A stretch of 64,000 nt of DNA. Source: a virus. Lineage: Duplodnaviria; Caudoviricetes. The stretch lies in IMG/VR virus record IMGVR_UViG_2551306035_000001, positions 2,353-66,352 of that record, one strand, 5' to 3'. Positions 27,020-37,683 of the stretch are shown here, piece after piece. Made by a program: the position numbers and the translations under genes. The notes under the pieces were generated by a model, which saw only the letters and a program-made list of their open reading frames with translations, ran no database searches and was not told the DNA's origin. The stretch's first letter is position 1, and each line of letters begins with the position of its first letter.

Positions 27020-29089
27020 ATGACGGCAGCACTGACAGACAAAGGCATAGAGACAGCGCAACTGACGTCCATCATGTCCGACATAGATGCGCAGCCGCCA
27101 TGGCGAAGCAATGCCAACCGAGCCTGTGCTTACTACGACGGTGATCAACTCTCACCCGATTTGATATCGGCTCTTCGTGACCGCGGCCAACCTGAAACCA
27201 TGCATAACCTTATCGCCCCTGCTGTTGATGGGGTGCTTGGGATGGAAGCCAAGACACGCACCGATTTGATGGTGGTGGCAGACGATCCTGATGAAGAAAT
27301 GGAAATGCTGGCTGAGGCCATCAACGCAGAATTTGCGGATGCGGTAAGGCTAGGGCGTTTAGACAGAGCGCGCTCTGAAGCCTATGCCGGTCAAACCAAA
27401 TGCGGGATTGGCTTTGTGGAAGCCTACCGAAACCCCGATCCGTTTGGTCCCAAGTACAAAATCAAAAACGTCCCACGTGATGAGGTCTACTGGGATTGGT
27501 TTTCTGTGGAGCCTGATTGGTCTGATTGCAATTGGGTGATGCGTCATCGCTGGGAAGAGATTGACACGCTCAAAGCGCAGATGCCACACAAGGCAAAGGT
27601 GCTCGATTACGCGGTGAAGGAATGGGAAGGCTTCACCGATGTGTCGCTCATTGAAGGTAACGACGCGAATCTGGTCAGTGCCTGGGAAGAATACCAAGGC
27701 TGGAGCCGTTCGCACTCTGAATACCTCAGTACCAACCGTAAGCGTATCCGCCTGCAGATCATCTATCGCCGGTTCGTTGAGAGAAAGACGGTGATCCGCT
27801 TAAGTGATGGTCGCGTGATTGAATACAACCCCAATCACTTGATGCATGCCACTGCCGTGGCCATGCAGAAGGCGACACTGTCCGTCGGTCAGGTGAGCAA
27901 GATTGTGGAGACCTGGTTTGCTGGTCCTCATAAGTTGGGTTCACGTCGATGCCAAGCGCCGAACGGCATGTTCCCAATTGTGCCTTTCTTTGGTTACCGC
28001 AAAGACAAAAGCGGTGAGCCCTATGGCCTCATTTCTCGTGCGATACCGGCGCAAGATGAAGTGAACTTTCGTCGTATCAAGCTGACTTGGTTGCTTCAAG
28101 CGAAACGTGTCATTGCGGATGAAGATGCGACCAACATGAGCCGTGACCGCTTATTGGAAGAGGTCGAACGGCCTGATGGCTATATCGAGCTTAACCCAGA
28201 GCGCAAGAACAAAAAGACCATCGCCGATACGATCCAGGTTCAGCAAGATTTCAATGTGGCGTCCCAACAGTTTCAGGTTATGCAAGATTCGATGAAGCTC
28301 ATTCAGGACACGATGGGGATTTACTCTGCGTTCCTCGGGCAAGAAGGGGCGGCGGATTCAGGGGTGGCGATTGCCAACCTGGTAGAGCAAGGCGCGACGA
28401 CACTTGCTGAGCTCAATGACAATTACCGTTTATCCAGCCAAATGCTCGGTGAACTCATCTTGGGTTACATCATTGAAGATCTCGGCGGTCAGCGAAACAA
28501 ACCGGTGGTGATTAATCGCGATAACAAGCTCAAGCGCAAAACCGTGGTCCTCAACGAAGAAACCGAAGAAGGGCTTAACAACGACATTACGCGCTTACGG
28601 GCACACATTTCACTCGCACCGATTCAACAAACCACGGCGTACAAAGCGCAGCTGGCCGATCGCATGATGATGCTGACTACCAACTTACCGCCAGAAGCAC
28701 AGATGGCCGTGTTCGATTTGGTGTGTGAGCTTTCCGATATTCCGAACAAACAAGAGTTTCTTGAGCGCATCCGCGGCGCACTTAATGTGCCGAAAGATCC
28801 TGAAGACATGACGCCTGAAGAGCAAGAGGCGTATCAGGCTGAGCAAGAGAAAGCCCAGGAACAAGAAGCGCTCATGATGCGCGAGATGGCCGCGAAAGTC
28901 GAAGAGCTGGAAGCGAAGGTGGCGAATCTGAAATCAGATACCGCATCTACGCAATACGATAACGCCAAGAAGCAAGCTGAAACAGGCAAGACACTGGCTG
29001 AAATGCAAATGCTCACCGAAGAAATGAAGCAGATACGCACGCAATACGATGCGTTTTTGTCCCAGCAAATTGATGCGTTGCAGCTGTAA
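27020..29089 (+). CDS. Portal protein (P22/933W-like)
   Basis: YYDGDQL..HNLIAPAVDGVLG; GQEGAADSGVAI; long C-terminal coiled coil; follows terL. Confidence 0.85.
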   Translation: MTAALTDKGIETAQLTSIMSDIDAQPPWRSNANRACAYYDGDQLSPDLISALRDRGQPETMHNLIAPAVDGVLGMEAKTRTDLMVVADDPDEEMEMLAEAINAEFADAVRLGRLDRARSEAYAGQTKCGIGFVEAYRNPDPFGPKYKIKNVPRDEVYWDWFSVEPDWSDCNWVMRHRWEEIDTLKAQMPHKAKVLDYAVKEWEGFTDVSLIEGNDANLVSAWEEYQGWSRSHSEYLSTNRKRIRLQIIYRRFVERKTVIRLSDGRVIEYNPNHLMHATAVAMQKATLSVGQVSKIVETWFAGPHKLGSRRCQAPNGMFPIVPFFGYRKDKSGEPYGLISRAIPAQDEVNFRRIKLTWLLQAKRVIADEDATNMSRDRLLEEVERPDGYIELNPERKNKKTIADTIQVQQDFNVASQQFQVMQDSMKLIQDTMGIYSAFLGQEGAADSGVAIANLVEQGATTLAELNDNYRLSSQMLGELILGYIIEDLGGQRNKPVVINRDNKLKRKTVVLNEETEEGLNNDITRLRAHISLAPIQQTTAYKAQLADRMMMLTTNLPPEAQMAVFDLVCELSDIPNKQEFLERIRGALNVPKDPEDMTPEEQEAYQAEQEKAQEQEALMMREMAAKVEELEAKVANLKSDTASTQYDNAKKQAETGKTLAEMQMLTEEMKQIRTQYDAFLSQQIDALQL

Positions 29090-29106
29090 CCCAGACAAGC
29101 GAGGTA

Positions 29107-29469
29107 ATGAGCTTGAGAAAACGACACGACGAATCACTGCAAGAGTACCGCGTATCCGTGAAGCTCTCTGAGCTTAGTGCTGGTAAGTCGATTGGCTGTG
29201 CACACGGCAACTTTGGCCGCATCTTTGTTATCCCTTTGCTGGGTGGCGTGCCAACAACAGACGCGACAGGCGGGATCATCTGTTCTGTGTTGCTAGAAGG
29301 CGTAGAAGAATCCATTCCAGAAGGGAACGTCATGTTGAACAAGACGAACCCGCCAACCTACGAAAAACCGAATTGGATAGGGCTGGCAGATGAAGTGGTG
29401 GTGCGTGCGAACCCAACAAGCACACCTGCAGGCGTCGATGCCATCAAGCTCGTGATCGAAAGGTGGTGA
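29107..29469 (+). CDS. Hypothetical protein
   Basis: gaggt RBS; stop 1 nt before the next ORF. Confidence 0.55.
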   Translation: MSLRKRHDESLQEYRVSVKLSELSAGKSIGCAHGNFGRIFVIPLLGGVPTTDATGGIICSVLLEGVEESIPEGNVMLNKTNPPTYEKPNWIGLADEVVVRANPTSTPAGVDAIKLVIERW

Positions 29470-29470
29470 T

Positions 29471-32107
29471 ATGAGAAAAGGTTTAATCATCAATGTAAGT
29501 GGTCCTGATGAATCACAGGATGTGTCTGAGCTGACGCAAAAAGTTGAACAAGTTGACGCGGAAGTGGGCGGATTAGCGGGGGCGCTTGCTTACCAGGACT
29601 ACTTTTTTCAATCGGGCTATCGTGACGAAGACGGCTCATACAAGGTGATCCCTCAAGAAAAGCGCTTACCGAAACTTCGAAGCATTGGTGCGACATTCTT
29701 GGACGCGAAGGCGTTCGGTTCGAGCAATCCCGAAGAGCTGCAGGAAATCGCTCGAGCGAATCAGCACGCTATCGAAGTGGCGCTGGGTACGCGTCACCCT
29801 GATGGTGCCAAGGTGGAAGATGCCGCACTGCCGCATACCTTCAATGTTGAACTGCCCATTGGCTACTTTCCTATTATCGGTGACTTGGATTTACCGCCTT
29901 GCGTGGGACGTTTCTATGGATTGGGCAGCATGCTCCGCCGAAAGGGTTTGTATGTGGGGAGCACGCAGGCACTGAGAAGTATCTCCGAGTTTGGTACCTG
30001 CCTGTTCATCGTGGGTGAAAATTCAGAGAGTGGAATTAGAACGCAGTGCTGCAGTTCTCGTGTGGGGTATTTCACCATCCATGGTGGATTGAAACCAGAA
30101 GGTTCAGGCGGCCATGGCGTAATAGAAGGGTATACACCACCAATAGAAGCAGCAGCGTTATTAACGAGCAAGAGTGATCAAGCGGCTGCGCTACCAAATC
30201 CGTTCACACAGAATAGATTTGCTGAGCCTGTCGTGCATCAAGGGGTGACGTCTTTTGCCACTGCGGAGAATGGTGACACACACATCACGGTACCTGCAGG
30301 TTCGTACAGTGACCAATATCCGATTGTTAGCGACGATTCGATTGATATTCCATTGGTGCGATACGTGAGAGCGTATGACAGTGAGAGCAATGAACTGGCG
30401 CGTTACGCCATGGCGGGTTCCAAGTTAGGTGGCGGAAACCGCTTCTCATTTGAGGATGGCGATTGCACGGCAAGGCCAAAACGCAATGAAGATGGTGATG
30501 TGCTTGCATCGGAATCACGTGTTTATCACCAGCCGTTTGATCCTTTGAGTGATCTACACACCATCGTGGTTGTCCCTGGCGGACTGCCTGCACAAACTGC
30601 GACCGTTGATGTCTCTTTCTACCACCTTGAATACCACGAAACCTACAAGATGCTGATGTTCCCTTTCTTACACGGGAAGTTTTCCGTGGCGGCCAGGCAA
30701 CATGCTAATCACTTTGAAAGCATCACGGTCGAGGCGATGCCTTGGAATGGCTGGATGCTTGTCGATGGCTTTTGTAATCGTCATGTTGGTATTGTCTCGC
30801 GTTACAACAAACTAGATGGATTCCATGCGCCTGCTGGCTATGAAGATTACATGCACAACACGTTTGAAGCGTGTTTGGCTGTTAATAATTCTGGCTGGGG
30901 CGTCTATATTAGAGAGCCGTTCAAAACTGCCGTTAATCATGGCAACGCTTGGCCAAATGATTCTGGTGACTTCATTGCGCACATAAAGCGCACGTACACA
31001 GCATCTCTGAACGACCTCGGCAATTTCGACACCTATGGAAACAGGGGCGGGGCGTTTTACTTCGGTGCAGACAGTAACAAGTTAGTTACTGGTAGTGCGG
31101 AGCATCATTATGACTCCAATAACATTGATATTTTTGGAACGCGCACAGACAAACACTTGGGGGATTGGAACCCGCTTCGGTGGGCGGGGTGTATTGTTTT
31201 TGCTGCGTTGGCTAGGCAGAACGACATTACGATGACCAGCACTCCGACTGACACTCGACGTGTCTTGTTCTGTCGTTGGAGAAATACACTTCAGGCCACT
31301 TCAACGAACAATCCTGATGCCAATATATACGCGGCCGAACTTACTAATCACTACGTTCATCCTCGCCCAGACCAATACGGAAACCTCGTGAGCACAATGG
31401 GGCCGTCAGTGTCAGCGCTTATGTTTACTCAGTATTGGGAGCATGACCGTTTAACAGATGGCAATGTAAACAAGGGTGGCAGTGGTGGCTTTGTTGATTT
31501 GTTGGCAACGTGGAGTAAAACCAACACATTATTGTTTTCGCCTTTTCTTTATCCCGTTTCGCCAAAGGCGAACTTCGAAGAAAGTGTTGTAAACGTTGTT
31601 TTTAGTAGCCAAGACAGTTCAACCGACGTTGCTAAAAAGGGCGCAGTAACATTGTCGGCGGATCGGCTAGGCATCGCGGGGCAGTTTGCGACTGATAATA
31701 TTTATGTTGGCTCTATGTATTGGGTAGCGACAAACGATACTGTCCCTGCTGGCGGTCGCAAAATGATTGCCACATTCATCTCTGAATCTAGCGGGGGCTT
31801 CAAAATTGAAGAACTCGACCTCACACGTTCATCACTCTCTATTGTTGCGATAGATGATGTATTAACGCAGGTAGCTAATGGTGGTACCGATTATGACGAA
31901 GCGCTACCCGTTGAGTTTGTTATCCAGACACCACGAATCAGACGCTACCAGAACGGGCAGGGTAGCTGGGTATTGCGTATAGAGGTTCACTTGCTAAATA
32001 CAGGTGATTCTGACTTTGTGGGCAATGGTGAAGCCAGTCAGCGCTACCGATTTGCATACAGGTTTGAAACACATACTAGGAACAACACGGTATTGAACGT
32101 TAACTAA
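29471..32107 (+). CDS. Tailspike/beta-helix-like protein inserted in the head module
   Basis: FLDAKAFG..ANQHAIEVAL..VELPIGYFPI resembles a pectate-lyase-3/tailspike start; beta-rich remainder. Confidence 0.45.
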   Translation: MRKGLIINVSGPDESQDVSELTQKVEQVDAEVGGLAGALAYQDYFFQSGYRDEDGSYKVIPQEKRLPKLRSIGATFLDAKAFGSSNPEELQEIARANQHAIEVALGTRHPDGAKVEDAALPHTFNVELPIGYFPIIGDLDLPPCVGRFYGLGSMLRRKGLYVGSTQALRSISEFGTCLFIVGENSESGIRTQCCSSRVGYFTIHGGLKPEGSGGHGVIEGYTPPIEAAALLTSKSDQAAALPNPFTQNRFAEPVVHQGVTSFATAENGDTHITVPAGSYSDQYPIVSDDSIDIPLVRYVRAYDSESNELARYAMAGSKLGGGNRFSFEDGDCTARPKRNEDGDVLASESRVYHQPFDPLSDLHTIVVVPGGLPAQTATVDVSFYHLEYHETYKMLMFPFLHGKFSVAARQHANHFESITVEAMPWNGWMLVDGFCNRHVGIVSRYNKLDGFHAPAGYEDYMHNTFEACLAVNNSGWGVYIREPFKTAVNHGNAWPNDSGDFIAHIKRTYTASLNDLGNFDTYGNRGGAFYFGADSNKLVTGSAEHHYDSNNIDIFGTRTDKHLGDWNPLRWAGCIVFAALARQNDITMTSTPTDTRRVLFCRWRNTLQATSTNNPDANIYAAELTNHYVHPRPDQYGNLVSTMGPSVSALMFTQYWEHDRLTDGNVNKGGSGGFVDLLATWSKTNTLLFSPFLYPVSPKANFEESVVNVVFSSQDSSTDVAKKGAVTLSADRLGIAGQFATDNIYVGSMYWVATNDTVPAGGRKMIATFISESSGGFKIEELDLTRSSLSIVAIDDVLTQVANGGTDYDEALPVEFVIQTPRIRRYQNGQGSWVLRIEVHLLNTGDSDFVGNGEASQRYRFAYRFETHTRNNTVLNVN

Positions 32108-32130
32108 GCCGCCTTCGGGCGGTTTTTTTG
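32106..32130 (+). terminator. Intrinsic terminator
   Basis: gccgcc-ttcg-ggcggt followed by a T tract. Confidence 0.75.
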
Positions 32131-32206
32131 TCTCTGTCGCTAAGGGTTTTGAAGCAAGAGCCCTTATCCGCACAGACAGCGACACGTCTACACAGGAGAA
32201 GCAAAC

Positions 32207-33193
32207 GTGGACATCGAAATCACAGGTAATGAAACCCTAGAAGAGCTGGAAGCCATGACAGCCATGTACGCTGATGCAGAGGTGGTTGACGAACTGCCCG
32301 AGCAAAACGAACAGGCTGACAAGGAGCTGGCACAGAAAACAGACACTGACGGTGGCACATCTGATGCCGACACTGACGCGGGCTCGGCCCCCGCGAATGA
32401 CACCACCAAAGGCTCTGAGGATGAAGAGACAACGCCCGCGGGTATCGCAGCCAAAGACGGCGAGCACGTTATTCCTTATGGCGTCCTCGAACGAGAGCGC
32501 GAAGAAAAAGCCCAACTCAAAGAGCAGATTGAAGCCCTGCAAGAAAAAGAAGCGACTTGGGAGCAATCCCAACGCCTTTTGCAGGTGCGTGATAAGCAGC
32601 TTGAGCGATTGGGTGTTGCTCCTGAAGACTTACCTGAAAATCTGACGTTAACTGATGACCAGTTAGATACCTTGGCGGAAGACTATCCCGAGATTGGCCT
32701 CGCCATTCGCGGATTGGTGGCCAAGGTTGGCAACATGGAGAGTCAGCTGACCCACGAGGCACAACCTTCAACGCCTGCACCTGAATCCGACACGAAAAAC
32801 GATCCGGTTTTAGAGGCCATCCATGCCAATGAGGCGCTTAAAGCGTGGCACGAGACAGGTGGGGAGCAGTGGAGCAAAGCCATCGATTTTGATGACCAAT
32901 TACAAGCCGATCCGACATGGGCAAAGCAGCCATTAGCGGCACGTTTTGAAGAAGCGGTTCGTTTGACCCAAGCGCACTTTGACCAACAGGTAAAAGACAA
33001 AGCGAAGGCGATCGAGCAGCAGACGCATGAAGATGCATTGCCCAACTCACCGAGCGAGGTGGGTTCGACCAGCAAACATACACCTTCCAACGCTGAACAA
33101 TTGCTAACAGCCGATGCAGAGTCCATGCAGACGCTGATGGCAGACATGACGACGGAAGAAATCGAAGCCCTCCTTGCTCAAACCAGTGATTAG
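32207..33193 (+). CDS. Capsid scaffolding protein
   Basis: Acidic, coiled, KDGEHVIPY motif; directly upstream of the capsid gene. Confidence 0.7.
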   Translation: MDIEITGNETLEELEAMTAMYADAEVVDELPEQNEQADKELAQKTDTDGGTSDADTDAGSAPANDTTKGSEDEETTPAGIAAKDGEHVIPYGVLEREREEKAQLKEQIEALQEKEATWEQSQRLLQVRDKQLERLGVAPEDLPENLTLTDDQLDTLAEDYPEIGLAIRGLVAKVGNMESQLTHEAQPSTPAPESDTKNDPVLEAIHANEALKAWHETGGEQWSKAIDFDDQLQADPTWAKQPLAARFEEAVRLTQAHFDQQVKDKAKAIEQQTHEDALPNSPSEVGSTSKHTPSNAEQLLTADAESMQTLMADMTTEEIEALLAQTSD

Positions 33194-33261
33194 CACTGCC
33201 GTGTAGACGGCAAAAGAGATCGCCCGCGTGGCGGTTTTTTTGTGTGTGAAGGATACCGAGC

Positions 33262-34476
33262 ATGACAACCATTACACGAGAGCAAGCCCGTCGCTTGCAG
33301 GAGGCCGCACTTTTTACCGCGGCCAACCGAAACCGCTCGTTCACCAACATGCTGACCGAACAGGCCCCGAAAGCGGCCAAAGGCGACATGAAGGGCAATA
33401 AGCAAACCTCGCCAGGTGCGCCAATTGTTCAGGTGACCGACCTAAAGAAAACCAAAGGCGATACCGTGGACATGCAGATCGTCCACAAGCTCACCAAACG
33501 CCCGACCATGGGTGATCAACGTATCGCAGGCCGTGGTGAATCGCTCGATTTCACAGCGTTTGAACTATCGATTGACCAAGGCCGTCACCAAGTGGATGCC
33601 GGCGGCAAAATGAGTAAGCAGCGCACCGCGCACAACCTCATGAGCACTTCACGTACTTTATTGGGTACCTACTACAACGATTTGAAGGACCAACTGGCGA
33701 CAATTCACATGGCGGGGGCGCGGGGTGACTTTATTGCTGATGACACCATTGTTCCTTTGGCTGCACATGCGGAGTATGCAGGCATGTTGGTCAACGATGT
33801 GTTGCCGCCAACGTATGACCGTCACTTCTTCGGGGGTGATGCGACGACATTTGAAACCCTCGACCAAGCGGATGTGTTCAGCATGAGCGTGGTGGACAGT
33901 TTGTCGCTGTTTCTTGATGAGATGGCGCATCCTATTCAGCCGATTCGATTCAACGAAGACAAGCTTGCTGGTGACGAGCCGTTTTACATTTTGAATGTCA
34001 CACCGCGTCAGTGGAATGACTTCAAACAGACGTCCTCCTACAAAGATTGGCAGCAGCTTGCAGCGACTGCGATGAAGCGAAAAGGGGATTTCTCTCACCA
34101 AGTTTTTCGCGGTGAGTGCGTGATGCATGAAAACATCCTGGTGCGAAAGTACATGGGTATGCCGATCCGCTTTAACACCGGCTCGACGGTCAGCATTTCG
34201 GGTAACAGTAACGACGCGCCAGTGTCGCAAGTGACAGCGGGAAGCACGATTGACCGCGCCATGTTGATAGGCGCTCAGGCCATCGCGGACGCATGGGGCT
34301 CAACATCCAAAGGCAGTCAGTTCAGTGTTCACACGGAAAAAACTGACTCGGGTAACCGCGATGAGGTGACGATTGCTTGGATGAATGGCCTCAAGAAAAT
34401 CCGCTTTGCGGATAAGAATGGGCGTATGAACGATCATGGTGTCGTGGCGGTAGATACCGCGATTTCTATGGGCTAA
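33262..34476 (+). CDS. Major capsid protein (N4-gp56/DUF4043 family)
   Basis: PIVQVTDLKKTKGDTV..GDQRIAGRGESL..IDQGRH..RAMLIGAQA motifs; 404 aa. Confidence 0.85.
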   Translation: MTTITREQARRLQEAALFTAANRNRSFTNMLTEQAPKAAKGDMKGNKQTSPGAPIVQVTDLKKTKGDTVDMQIVHKLTKRPTMGDQRIAGRGESLDFTAFELSIDQGRHQVDAGGKMSKQRTAHNLMSTSRTLLGTYYNDLKDQLATIHMAGARGDFIADDTIVPLAAHAEYAGMLVNDVLPPTYDRHFFGGDATTFETLDQADVFSMSVVDSLSLFLDEMAHPIQPIRFNEDKLAGDEPFYILNVTPRQWNDFKQTSSYKDWQQLAATAMKRKGDFSHQVFRGECVMHENILVRKYMGMPIRFNTGSTVSISGNSNDAPVSQVTAGSTIDRAMLIGAQAIADAWGSTSKGSQFSVHTEKTDSGNRDEVTIAWMNGLKKIRFADKNGRMNDHGVVAVDTAISMG

Positions 34477-34532
34477 CGATAAAGGCTGGGCATGTCCCAG
34501 CCTTTGTCTTTTCTATTAGTTGGAGAATCACA

Positions 34533-34916
34533 ATGGCTAACACCATCAAAGCGCCGTCGATGCATGACCGCATGTATGTCGGCGCCCACGGCAACATGTC
34601 GCTTGCCTTTACGTGCGTTGAGCTCAATGACGCCGAAGTCGATACCGTGGTTGAAATGATCCAGGTCGAAATCGGGATTAGTTTGATTGGGCTTCGCGTC
34701 AATACCTCGGGCTTAGGCGCTGGGGTTGTCGCGGATATCAAGCTCGGTGATGACGTTCTCGCTGAGGATGTCGACCTGGCAGAGGCTGGCACGCATGCGC
34801 TGTTTATCAATACGGCTTACACGATGAGCAAAAAAGTACTGACCGCCACGCTTAAAGGTGCGCAAGCCAGTGGCAAGTTAGACATCAATCCTGAGTATGT
34901 CGTCAAAGGCTACTGA
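34533..34916 (+). CDS. Virion structural protein (possible decoration)
   Basis: Follows capsid gene; YVGAHGN motif. Confidence 0.55.
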   Translation: MANTIKAPSMHDRMYVGAHGNMSLAFTCVELNDAEVDTVVEMIQVEIGISLIGLRVNTSGLGAGVVADIKLGDDVLAEDVDLAEAGTHALFINTAYTMSKKVLTATLKGAQASGKLDINPEYVVKGY

Positions 34917-34962
34917 GATAACAAGGCGCTCATTGCGCCTTTTTCCTATAAGGAGGTTGCCA

Positions 34963-35409
34963 ATGGGCATGCAAAGTATCGTGTATGTAGGACCAAAGGA
35001 ATTTAAGCGTGACACGGTAACGGGCTCACGTCAGATATTCCCAAGGCTCAAACCCATCGAAGTGAAAGACGAGTGTGCGGCCATGCTGTTGCGGTTCGAC
35101 AATGTCTTTATTGAGCAAAACCATCTCAAAGACTTTCTGGCGCGGGAAAAAGAGCGAGAGGAAGCCATGGCGGAAGAAGCCGGCAAGAACGAAGCATTGG
35201 CAAAAGCCGAGCAAGCGGCCATGGACATGACGGTGACCATCAGTGGTGAGACGGTTGATCTCTCGAAGATGACAGGACCGAAGGTGGCGACATTAGTAGA
35301 AAGCTTGGATTTGCCGGACCTTGCGCCGAAAGGGCCGCAAGAGTCAATGCCGGACTACCGAAAACGCGTGCGTGATGCCATTCGAGAAATGGGTGAGAGC
35401 GACGAATGA
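34963..35409 (+). CDS. Hypothetical phage protein
   Basis: ggagg RBS before ATG 34963; IVYVGPK..RDTVTGS motif. Confidence 0.6.
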   Translation: MGMQSIVYVGPKEFKRDTVTGSRQIFPRLKPIEVKDECAAMLLRFDNVFIEQNHLKDFLAREKEREEAMAEEAGKNEALAKAEQAAMDMTVTISGETVDLSKMTGPKVATLVESLDLPDLAPKGPQESMPDYRKRVRDAIREMGESDE

Positions 35410-36011
35410 GAGAGGTGCCGGTCTCAGCCTTCTTGCCGATGCTCCGCACAATGGTGAATGTCCCTCTTGAGCCGCTAATGGAAAGTGCGGTGGTCGAGGC
35501 TGCAATCGCGTTTTGCCGCAAAAGTAGTGTGTTACTTCATCAACGCGAGATGGCGCATGTCTACCATGGCCAGACGATAAGCCTACTCGCGAAATCAGGT
35601 GTGAATCGCAGGACAAGGGGCTTATTGAAGTCCTCAAAGCTCCTTTCTGTTACTGCAATGCGTGACGGTGTCACGCTTGAGTCTGGCAAAGATTATCGTC
35701 AGCTCTCATTGGATGAGGTGTATTTCCTCAACGGCTTTGATGATGTCGTGATCAACTGCGTGATGGAGCCTTTGACGGGCACATCGTACTTACCGGCATC
35801 GCTACTCGATGATTGGGGGTCAGGGATTTGTTCGGGGGCGGCCAAGACGCTGTTGCTTCAACCAGACAAGGATTGGTCTGATCCATCTCTTGCCGTTTAT
35901 TACGAGCGCGAGTTCAAAGAGGCAATACGGGATGCGGCACGTTGGCGCTTGGAAGCAAGCCCAAATGTCATGTTTACCCCGAATGCCAGGCGCAAACGGG
36001 AGTTTTTCTGA
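35406..36011 (+). CDS. Head-tail adaptor-like protein
   Basis: EAAIAFCRKS motif; position in the podoviral module. Confidence 0.55.
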   Translation: MREVPVSAFLPMLRTMVNVPLEPLMESAVVEAAIAFCRKSSVLLHQREMAHVYHGQTISLLAKSGVNRRTRGLLKSSKLLSVTAMRDGVTLESGKDYRQLSLDEVYFLNGFDDVVINCVMEPLTGTSYLPASLLDDWGSGICSGAAKTLLLQPDKDWSDPSLAVYYEREFKEAIRDAARWRLEASPNVMFTPNARRKREFF

Positions 36012-36631
36012 TGACACTTTCTGATCTTATCGACCAACTTGGAGAAGAGCTCGTTGACCCGCGTTATACGCATTGGTCTCGTGAAAGCCTGTTGAGCTAT
36101 ATCAACCAGGCGTTGGGCATCATGGCCATCAACTTACCCCATGAGTTTCGGGTTGAACAAACGGTTGATACCGATATGGGTACCGTGTTCTTACCTGGTG
36201 ATGCGTTGTCCTTATTGAGCGTCATCTCTGCGGGCAATCGCAGCGTCAATTACATCGATATCGCCAAACTTAACCAACTCGATCCCGATTGGCGGACACG
36301 ACAGGGTGAGCCTTCTTCATGGACGCAAGCGCATCGCGATGTGCGGGCATATTCCCTGTATCCGACACCGACAGGAACGATTTCAGTAACGCATGCTTAT
36401 TCAGCGTTTAAAGACCTGACTGAGGTCGATGCATTCCCAGTACACGCTGCGTATGTCGGGGCGGTGACGGATTACGTCTTATACCGCGCTTATGGGAAAG
36501 ACGGTCAAAACGCCAGTGAGCAAAACAAAGCTCTCACACACTTGCAGGCGTTTAACGCATCGATAGGTAACGACGTACGTGTCATGGGCCAACGTAAACA
36601 GGTCCGAGAGCAAAGTGAGAACAAACGATGA
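36011..36631 (+). CDS. Adaptor/tail tubular A-like protein (DUF6682-like)
   Basis: WSRESLLSYINQA..DYVLYRAYGKD motifs. Confidence 0.6.
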   Translation: MTLSDLIDQLGEELVDPRYTHWSRESLLSYINQALGIMAINLPHEFRVEQTVDTDMGTVFLPGDALSLLSVISAGNRSVNYIDIAKLNQLDPDWRTRQGEPSSWTQAHRDVRAYSLYPTPTGTISVTHAYSAFKDLTEVDAFPVHAAYVGAVTDYVLYRAYGKDGQNASEQNKALTHLQAFNASIGNDVRVMGQRKQVREQSENKR

Positions 36632-37683
36632 TCACGGTTAAAGGCTGCCTTACTGACGCAACGGGTGAACACGCGCTCGAACACGCCTTCATTGAATTCG
36701 TGGCTAGACGCTCTGCCGGTGAGGTGCTGGCGTATGCCGGTGCGTTTGAGCAAACCGACACGGAGGGGAATTATCACTTTTCCCTCAAAAGTGGCGAATA
36801 CGATGTCTACGCCCAAGTGAATCGACGAAGTGATGTCGAGCCTTTGGGACCTTGCACCGTGTTGCCAGGCATGACGGGTGAGTATGACATCGAAGCACTA
36901 CTGGAAATCTCTGCACCGATTTTGCCTGAAACGGTGATTGCGGCGAATCAGGTAAGAGATCAGGTCATCGAGAAGCACGAAGAGGTCGCGGGGTTTCATC
37001 AAACCGTGTTGCAAAAAGCCGCTGAGGTGGAAGGGAATGCATCGCAAGCCGCGCAAGACAGAACCCAAGTCAGAAGTGATCGCGAGCAGGTAGCCAGTGA
37101 TAGAGAAGATACGCTTGAGGCTAACGCCTTTGCGCAATCGGCCAAAGCGCAGATTGCCACTGACAAAGCCGATGTCGAGCAAGCATTAGAAGATACCCAA
37201 GCGCTCGCACAAACGGTCAACACTCAGCACGACGTTGTGTCTGATAAAGCCGCTGAAGTGGCTCAAGATACGGATGAAGTATCGAGCATGCATGAAGAAG
37301 CCAATGGGTTTAAAAACAGCGCGTCAAATTCAGCCAATACCGCAACACAACAAGCAGCGCTCGCAAAAGACTGGGCCCAAAAGACGGTAGATAACGCCGT
37401 TGAGCCAAATGCCTATTCATCAAAGCACTGGGCAATTAAGAGCGCGAACTTTGCAAGCTCAGCAAGTAATTCGTTCTCGAGTGCGGCGCAAGCAAAAAAT
37501 GACGTTGAGACGCTGAAGAGTGAGACGGAAGACATCAGAGATGAAGCGCTGCAGGCGCGGGAAGAAATTCAAGTTTTGTCTACGTATGAAAATACGATGT
37601 GGAGACTTATTCATGTCGCTGCAGACCAAGCGCTCCGGCAGTTTAACTTTAGCGAAAGATTGAACGATTTGGAGGGGTCATGA
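36628..37683 (+). CDS. Tail fibre, N-terminal anchor plus coiled-coil stalk
   Basis: N-terminal TDTEGNYHFSLKSGEYDV (phage_tail_N-like); Ala-rich heptads; no obvious head domain. Confidence 0.7.
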   Translation: MITVKGCLTDATGEHALEHAFIEFVARRSAGEVLAYAGAFEQTDTEGNYHFSLKSGEYDVYAQVNRRSDVEPLGPCTVLPGMTGEYDIEALLEISAPILPETVIAANQVRDQVIEKHEEVAGFHQTVLQKAAEVEGNASQAAQDRTQVRSDREQVASDREDTLEANAFAQSAKAQIATDKADVEQALEDTQALAQTVNTQHDVVSDKAAEVAQDTDEVSSMHEEANGFKNSASNSANTATQQAALAKDWAQKTVDNAVEPNAYSSKHWAIKSANFASSASNSFSSAAQAKNDVETLKSETEDIRDEALQAREEIQVLSTYENTMWRLIHVAADQALRQFNFSERLNDLEGS

